Notes under the pieces: generated by a model
Databases searched by the model: none
Told to the model about the DNA's origin: nothing
What the model saw: only the letters and a program-made list of their open reading frames with translations
Source: a bacterium
GTDB lineage: Bacteria; Ratteibacteria; UBA8468; B48-G9; DSTR01
Direction: 5' to 3'
Assembly (NCBI GenBank): GCA_029551285.1
Contig: JAKPFT010000087.1
Coordinates: 168-64,167, forward strand
DNA: 64,000 nucleotides
Part shown: positions 45,201 through 54,200 of the stretch, piece by piece
Numbering within the stretch: position 1 is the stretch's first letter
Layout of the letters: the number at the start of each line of letters is the position of its first letter
Program-made: the position numbers and the translations under genes

Positions 45201-48200
45201 ATGGTCACCGCGGTATTGTTGGCGTTGCTGGTTACCGGCAAAGCAGCAGTGTAGTTACCGGCACTCAGGCCGTTTCGGGAAACAGTGACCGTCACGGTGG
45301 TGGAACTTCCACCAGACAGCACTCCGTTGCTGGGCGAGGCGCTGACAACCCAGTTGTTTCCCTGCTGGTAGACGGCTGTGCCCAGTGACCAGTTCAGCAG
45401 ACCTGTTCCCGTATTGGTAATGGTGAAACTGGCCGTCTCGGTGGTGAAGCCAAAGTCAAGGGAAGCCGGCTGAACTGACAGGGCCGGGCCTACCAGAGAA
45501 AAACTGTTGCCCAGCAGATACTCACCGGAAAGATGAGCCGTCCCGGTTCCGGTAACAAACTTCAGTCCTTCACCGGTAGGCGAGGAGCAGATAGAACGGA
45601 TTTCGCCTCTGATGGTATCGCCTAAGGTGGCGACGGAATTTCCCTTGACCACGATGAAGAAGTAGGTTCCAGGGTTATCCGGAATCAGGGTATCGGCGTT
45701 GCTGGCAAAGGTCATCCGGACTCTGGTGGCATCAATCCAGGTAATACTGGTGGGTGTCACAAAGGTATCAGACTGGCTGGAGAAAACACCGTTACCGGTA
45801 TCCCGGTAAAGTGCCACGCCGCTGTCGCTGGTGATGCCCAGAGGTGCCAGGTCAGAGACGACATTGGTGCCGGTGAAGTAAACATTCACTTCCCGCAGGT
45901 AGTTGGCTTCCGCAGAGGTGCTATCGTAAGCGTGGATTCTGATGATGGCTTTCTGCTCTGACCTGGAGATGGTGTCGTTGGTGCTCACCAGATCCGTTAA
46001 AAAGACTGGCAGCCGGGCCGTAACCGCCCCTGTAGTAAGATTGGTGTCGCCGTAAGAGCGGCCAGCCGAGAAGACCAAGGCATTGGAAGGCAGGGACAAA
46101 CTAAAGCTATCCTTGTACTCCAGATTCTCGCCGGTCCGGAAGACAAGGAAGTAGGTCGGACCATTCTGACTGAAAGCAGTGGGTAATGGTTCCGGCGAGA
46201 CCAGGTTTAAGTCAATGTACCGGCCAAGGATAGTGCGGCCGCGGCCCAGGAAGTAAAGGCCTTCACCGCTGTCGTACTGGCCATTGCTGTTCCCATCACG
46301 ATAAGCAAAGCCATACTCTCCGGAGGAGACATCAATTCCGGTGGTGCCTGCGGTAACTGTTCCCGCCAGCAAAGTTTCGCCGTTATCGTATCTTTTGTTA
46401 CCGTTGGCGTCAACCCACAGGGCGTCGCCAGGGCTCCAGAAGCCATTGGCATCCTGGTCGTACCACGAGACTTTATCGCTGGCGGCAAAGAGGGAGAGCC
46501 GGCTTCCCTCAGGGGCTACCTGACCGGTAATGTAACCGCTGCTGTCTGACTGCCAGCCAGAGGAAGTTACCGGCACAAGCGTGTCTGTAGCCGGGTTGAA
46601 AATTCCGTCACCGTTGTCCCGCCACAGGGAAAGGCCGCTGCTTCTGGTGCTGGAAATTGAGGCTAAAGCCTGGCCTGGCGTGGGCAACGAGCCGGCTGGC
46701 GCCAGTGGATTGAAGTAAACCCGCAGACTGTTCAGGGTAGTATTGGCCGCAAGGTCGCAAACGCTGATGCCGATGGCTGCCACCGGGTCAGAAGTGGCGT
46801 CCACTCCGGTGCCATTGGGACCAATAAGGTCAGTCAGCACCAGAGGACTGAAGTAGGGATTACCGCTGATGACATTGGTGCTCAGTTTGGCGAAACTGAA
46901 GCCGTTGACCTTCAGCACCCTGACCTGGTCTCCACCGGCGACCCCGGCCGTGACAAAATTGGCGCCTGCGCAGGTGACCACTGTTCTGGTGTGGTCCACC
47001 GAAACAATCCGGTAAACCTTTCCGGCAGCTGCTCCGCTTTTTACCAGCAGGTACCAGTCCTGGGTGAAATCGTTGCCAGTATCATTCAGCGCTGCCGTGA
47101 GGGTTAATTTCTCCGGTTCCGGTCCTGCTGAAGCCACCACGGCTTCTTGGTAAAGTTTACTGGTGGGGTCAGCCGCGACCTTAGTTCCATAACCCACACC
47201 GTAACTGCGCAGCGGCTCAATATTGCTGCCGTGGATTCTCACCTGGAAAGTATCGCTGTCTTCCATACTGGCACTGGCCCGTAGCACCACAAAGAACGTG
47301 CTGCCGGTGGTTGACACCTGGGGTGGATTTTCCGGCTGAATGAGGAAGCGATAGTAGGGCTCATCACTCCGGGAAAGCGATGACGGCGCCACTACCGGCA
47401 CGACCAGCTGGTCTTCTTCGTCAAAGACACCGTTTTTGTTGCTGTCAGCGTAAAGCGCCAGACCGCTGTTTTTATCGCGGGTGAAGAAGGCTAAGTCAGA
47501 AAGGTTAAACCCGGTGCCCGGGATAAGATGGACCACCACACTCTGCAGGTAAACTGTCTCCACACCAGTTTCATCGCTGCTGTAAGCGGTAAACTTCATC
47601 ACGGCTGTCGGTGCCCCTGACGGGTTCATCCGCTGGCCGGCCCGGGTAAGGTCGCTCAAGAGTGTGGTGACATTGGCCACGATGGGCTGACTACCGTCTT
47701 TTTCCCGGTCAGCGTCAGAGTTTAGACCGCCAGCAGCCGAAGCGTGGCCGCTGATACTGACATCGGTGGCTCCGACACTCACCTGGATTTTGTCCTGATA
47801 CTTCAGGGTTGAGGAAGTTCTCAAGATAATGAAGTAGTCGTCTCCGCGGTTGGCTCCGGTATCGTTAGCCAGAACATTGCCGCTGACGGCAATGGCTGTT
47901 TCTGGCTGGACAATGCCGGTAAGTTTTCCGTTTTCGTAGACCCAGGAATGGCTGTGAATCGGGACAAAGATGTCGCTGGCATCAAAACTGCCAACCAGAC
48001 CCGCGGCCTTGTTGTCCCGGTAAAGCATCAAACCGGAAGGCACAACTGCGCCGGCCGGCGGCGTTCCTCCGGAGATAGGCAGAAAATCGCTGGCGCTTAG
48101 CCCGTCTCCAGAAAGCGTGACCTTGATGTAGTCTAATGTTTCCGTGGAATTTGTTCCGAAGGCCAGGTTAACACCGATAATCGGAATGTTGCTGCTTCTG

Positions 48201-51200
48201 GGGTCAATGTACCTGGCAGTTATGTCAGAGAGAGCAAAGACCAGCGGGGCAGCCGCCACTTTGCTTTCGGCAATGGAAAGAGCCTCTTTTGCTGCCTGGG
48301 GCACCTGGACAAAACTAATGTCGCCCTGTTTGATAAAGGTTTTGAAGCTGGCGCCGTAAGGCACATTATTCTGGCTCACCCGGACGACCACAAAGAAGTC
48401 GCTCCTGCCATCGCTGGTTGCTGGCAGGGCCGCGTTGGCCGCCGTAGCGTCAAGGTAGATGGTCAACGTGGTATTGTCGTCACCGTCTGTTCCCCAGGTA
48501 AACCCGTTCGTTCCCCGGGTAGCATCCACGGGAACAGCCGTATCAACCGCAGCGTCAAAAATTCCGTTGTTGTTGGTATCCGCATAGATAGCCACGCCGG
48601 ACTGTCCGGGGTTAACCGCATTCAGGGCAGTCAGGGTGGTCTTCGGGTCAAAGCGGCCGCCGCTGGTGTCCTTGAAGGTAACGGTGACACTATTTAGCAC
48701 TAACTCCTGGTAGGTGGCGAGGGCTTTCTGCACTCCGGCGTTGCCAGCGGCATCAATGCCTAACAGGGCTGTTGGCGTATCAATCGGCAGAACCATCGGC
48801 CGGCTGGTAAACTTAGTAAGGTTAGCCGTCTCGCCATCCAGGTTGTCGTCAGTGAGGTAATGCTGATACCGGTATCGGGTAATCAGGTCGGCATTATCCG
48901 CCAGCATCAGGTAGTTCTTTCCGGGTTCGCTCATCTCTTCCGGGATGGAGTAGTCAAAACCGGTCACGGAAACAAGGTCGTTGATGGCCGCTTCAGCGAC
49001 GATGGTGTTGGTGGTAGTTGTTCCGGCTGGCGTGTAAGGAGCGTCCACATCGTTGGTGGCGATGATGAAGTTACTCACTCCCACCGCAAAGCGCAGTCCG
49101 TAAGGTAATGCCGCAGTCGTCTTCAGTGCCAGGTAGTAGTCAGCGCCGGCCGAAGCGCCGGTATCGTCTGCGGGCAGGTCTTCCGGCGTGGTCAGGGTGC
49201 AGGTAGCAGTATAGACACCCGGGGCCGGTGAGGTCCAGGCCGAAAGTGTGGTTGCTACATTGTTGTCCAGGGCACTGAACCAGCCGTTATCCACCGGACT
49301 GTCGTCCCGGTAAACGGCCAGGGAGAAGAAAGTGTTAAGGGTATCGGTGTCAAAACTGACACTGTCAGTCAGGTCAACATCGGTGAAGGTAACATCAAAA
49401 GATTTCCACTTCCCTGGTGCCGTCGCTTCGGAGAAGATGTTAATTCCAAAAAGCGCCAGACCTCTGTCAGCGCTGTCCGGACCGTTGTTCGGAAGAACTC
49501 CCTGGTTAACTGCCGGATAAGCGGTAGCCGTCAAACCGCGGTTCACCGGAACCATTCTGGCGACCAGGGAGCGGTTAGCGTTCATGGTGATGACAATCGG
49601 GTTTTTGGTGGAACCTTCCACCGGCTCGTTGCTATTATCCAGGCCGCCGCCGCTCCAGGATGCGAAGACATAGCCAGCCGCGGGAACCGCGGTAATCGTG
49701 ACCGGTGTGAAACCGTCAGGATAGAAGCCCACCGGATAGGTAACCCCGCCGCTGGTAGGTTCAGCCTGGACCGAACCGCTGCCGGCAGGAGAAACAGACA
49801 GGGAAAGTTGCCGGTCGCCAGGATTGCCGGGAACAAAGTGGGCTTCTACGGTATGGCCCTGGTTCATGGTGATGGTAATGAACGGCTGGGTAACCGGGCT
49901 GTCCACTCCGTCCACAACCCACTTGCTGAACTGATTTCCGGCGTTGGCAGTGGCGGCGATGATGACCACTTCTCCCGCCTGCCGCCAGGCTGAACCAGAC
50001 GGCCAGACACTGCCACTTCCCACTGCGGTCACGGTCAACTGGTACTCGCTAATCCACTGCCAGGTGATGGTGGAATTCTGGTTGATGGTGAAAGTAACCA
50101 TGGTGCCGGTACCGGTGGCTGGCACACTGCCAGTGCCTGTCCATCCGGTGCAGACATACCTTGTTCCGCTGGGCGCGTTGGTGTCTGGAGAAGTCACCGA
50201 ACAGGTTACCTGCGCATCCCGGCCGTAGAAAGTGGTGCCTACCGGTGGCACCGGACTGTCATACAGCGAAGCCACGGTCAGGGAAATAAGCGTTCCGATC
50301 AAACTGCTGGTGGCGCGATACTCTTCGGAAGTTTCCGGAATTCCTGCAGGCGAAGAAAACTTCAAACCTTCGCCCTGCACGACAGAAAGTGAAGAACGGA
50401 TTTCCGCGGTGATAGTATTTCCTGAAGTAAGCACCTCGCTGGAGTGAAGCACGATGAAGTAGTCGTTTTTGTGTTCAGGGTCATCTGTATCTGGCACCGG
50501 CGCCGCACCGTCGGCAAACCTGATTCTCACCCGGTCGCTGCCGACATAGGAGATGGAAAGCGGCTGGACAAAAGTATCTGTGTTTCTGTCAAAAATTCCG
50601 TCGCCATTGTCCTTCCAGAGGCCTACGCCACTACTTGCGCCGGTGGAGAGGAAGGCCAGGTCTCCGAAAACATTGGTCCCGGTTAAGTAAAGATTCACTT
50701 CAGAGAAATAATGCTGGTGGGCCGGGATGGGATTTCCTGGTGGGTCTTCGTCTAACTGGTCGTCGTAAAGGTTAATACCGATGACTGCGTGGTACTCATC
50801 CTTGTAGATTCTGTCTCCAGCCTGCACTAAGTTGTTAAGGAATACTGGAATTCTGGCAGTAACGACGTTGGTGGTGAGGTTGGTGTTGGCGTAGGAATAA
50901 CCGGAGGAGTAAGTGACCGCATTGGCCGGCAGGGACAGACTGAACTGGTCGGTAAACTTGATTTTATCTCCGGTGCGGAAGGCGATGAAGAAGTCAGTCA
51001 GTCCGTTGTTGTCATTAGCCGGCACGGAAACTACAGGGCTCAGGTGTAAGTCGGCAAAGTAGCCTAAAACCTTTCTGCCCCTTCCTAAGAAGTAGATGTC
51101 TTCGCCGTCGTCCCAGACCCCGTCACTATCTTCATCGTAGTAAGCAAATCCATAAAGATTGTTGTGAAGCAGCACACCGTACTCGTTCCCGGTCAGACTT

Positions 51201-54200
51201 CCCTGATAGATGACGCTATCGGTGCCGGAAGTAAACCTTCTATCTCCATCCAGGTCCACCCAGAGACCGTCTCCGCTTGACCAGACACTGTCACCGTCAG
51301 CGTCATACCAGCAGACCTTATCCGAGGGCTTAAAGAAGGTAAGCTCTTGTCCGGCAGGAATCTCTGTTCTCGCGGCATGACCGCCAGAACCTGCCGTCGC
51401 TGTGCCGTCTCCGTCCACATATCCATCATCAAAATCTGAGCGCCAGCCAGCCACATTTATCGGCAGGAATCTATCGCTGCGCCAGTCAAACCGGCCATTG
51501 TTGTTGGCATCGGCCCACACAGAGAGACCGCTGCTGTTATTACCGGAAAGCGGCGCTAAAATTGTCTCCGGATGGGTATCCGGAGAAGTGCCAACAGGAT
51601 TGAAATACACCCTGACGCGGTTTAAGGTGTTGGCAGAAATTGCGTCATAAACATTGAGGCCAATCGCACCCACCGGGTCAGAAGTCGCATCCACTCTCTG
51701 GGAAGGAGTGACCAGGTTAGCCAGGATAGAAGTGCTTACCGTTTTATTGGTCAGGGTATTGGTCCTGATTTGCTTGTAAGGCTGACGCTGTCCGCCGGTG
51801 AAGGTAAACATAATTCCTTCCCCCTGCTCCAAGACATCGTCTGACCAGTGCCGGAAGGAAATGTCATCGCCTGACTCCATGGTGGAGCGCGGCTGAACGA
51901 CTAAGAAGTAGTCAATCCCTTCGTCATCGCCGGTATCGGTGGTGGGGATATCCGCCACCACTCCGTTGTCTGGATTGGTTTCAAACCAGAGATGGACAAT
52001 CCATGGTCCGTTAGGGTCTCCGGTAAATCCTGGATGGCTTTCCAGGGTGGGAACAGCCCGCATCGTCACCCGGCTATCCAGATTGTCAAATACTCCGGGT
52101 ATCAGTCCGTCGTCTTTGTAAAGAGCAATTCCGCAGCCACCGTTGGGGTCGTTACACTCCCCGACGGCATCTACAACATTGCTGATGGAAATAAAATCTG
52201 TGATGTCAAAGTTTCTGGTGCCGTCGTCAAGGATGTGGATTCTCAGGTCGCTGAGGTAGCAGGTAGTACCTGGCGGCGCCACCATGTTGTATCCGATGAC
52301 CGCGGTCTTCTGCTGGGGATTAATCGTCTGGCCAGCCTGGGTCAGGTCGGTGAAAAACACCGGCATAACTGTGGGGTAAGCACTGTGCACAGTTTTCACC
52401 GGGTCAATAGAAGCCTTCAGACCGCTACCAAACTGAATGTCTTCGTTCCCGCGGATAAAAGCCGTGACGACGTCTCCGGCATCAATACCCCTTTCCCACC
52501 AGTTGCTGGTATAACGTGCATCCTGGATACCTCTTCCCCGGACGCAGATGTAGTAGTCGTAACCGCGGTACTGGCCGGTCCACAGGTCGTCCGGGTAAAG
52601 CTGGATGGCTGTTTTCGGCTTGAGAATCACATAGTAAGACTTGTAGTATCGTTTGCCGCTACTGGGTTCAATGGCATCCGGTGGCTTGTTTGGATTGTAA
52701 TTGGGGTCATCTTGCTCCAGGCCGCCGGGGTCGTCGTTTTCCGGAGACCAGACTGTGCCGTCGTAGTTGTACCACTGAAGGCTGTCCGCAGAAAGCCGCA
52801 CGCAGGTATCCACCGGGTTGCTGCCGTAGCCGGTAAAGGAATGCATGCCCGGGATGAAAATCTGCGGCAGGCCCTTGGTGTCTGTCCCATAGGGAGCCGG
52901 CGTGTCCAGCCAGAGAGACACACCGGAATACGCGTTGTCAGAAAGCGGGGCTAAGTCTGTCGGCTTAAACCCGTTTGTTCCCTTAAACCAGACGCGGATC
53001 CACTCAAAGGTCTCGCTGTCTGAGTAAGCCGAGCCGTCCGCCGGATAATTGCTGTCGCACATGTTCATCGCCAAGATGGGGACCGGCCAGCCGTCAGGGT
53101 CCACCGGGTCTGTGGAACCGGTAATGCCGTCTTGCCAGTTGGAAGTCATCGGCGCTTCGGAAGCCACATACCAGGGTTCAATGGAAAAGACAGTTCTGGC
53201 TTCCTTGCACCCGTCCATGTCAGCCACCGGTACTGGCGGTAACGCGTTCAGGTCACCATTATTTCTACCAGACGGCTGGAAGTGTCGGTATAACTTTGAC
53301 CTGGTTCCAACATCGGCCAGTTGGGGTTTGGAGTTATCCTCATGAGCAGGGTTTGGCGTGCCATCAAGGTTTGACATGTGGCAGAACTGGATGAAGGAGT
53401 GCTCATCATCTGTGCTTTCTTCAATGTAGGCGCGGAAGTTCATTCCGTACTTCGGGGTTCTGGTGACCCACTGGTGGTCAGGCGCGGAAGAAATAGCGAT
53501 GAAATAATCTACATTGTCGTCACAAGTGGCTTCCAGTGGCAGGTTCTGAAAGTACATGGTCACCCGCCAGCGTGGCGGCCGGCTATGTCCGCGGTTCACC
53601 CAGATTACTCCGCCGTCAACTACCTTCTCGCCAATCTCCGTTGGCCAGTCAGGTTCAGCATTACCCGAATAGCCGCTTTCCAGGGGGTCAGGATAGGGTG
53701 CGCCAAAACCAACCACCTGAAGACACTCATAGACAAAACCGTTGTCGGTTGTGGGCTTAACATAGTCCCCTTTCCTGTAAAGAGTATTGGCGCTCCAGGC
53801 AGGAACATCCGGAACGACGCTCTCCCAGTTGTTGATGATGTGGCCGCCAGGCGCTGGCGGTCTTCTCAGGGTTGAATCTTCGGTCGCCCAAATGCAGGTA
53901 TCGGTTCTCCAGTCAAAGTTACCGTCGCCGGTGTCCTGATAGATGGCGATGTTGGGATGCGGCGCCATCGGATGGCTGGCTAACTTCCCGTAATCAAAGT
54001 CTTGCGGGTAGGTATCCTCAAAGGTCACCACCAGTTTGTAAAGTCTCTCCTGGCCATCATGCAGCGGGTCTAAAGCCACTCCGGCTAAGTCCAGCCCTAA
54101 CACCGGGTAGGGCGCGGTCAGCCTCATTACCTCCAATTCTTCTGGCCCGTAAGGATAGGCGTGGTCAGAGGCGCCAAACCAGTTATACGTCCACTGACTG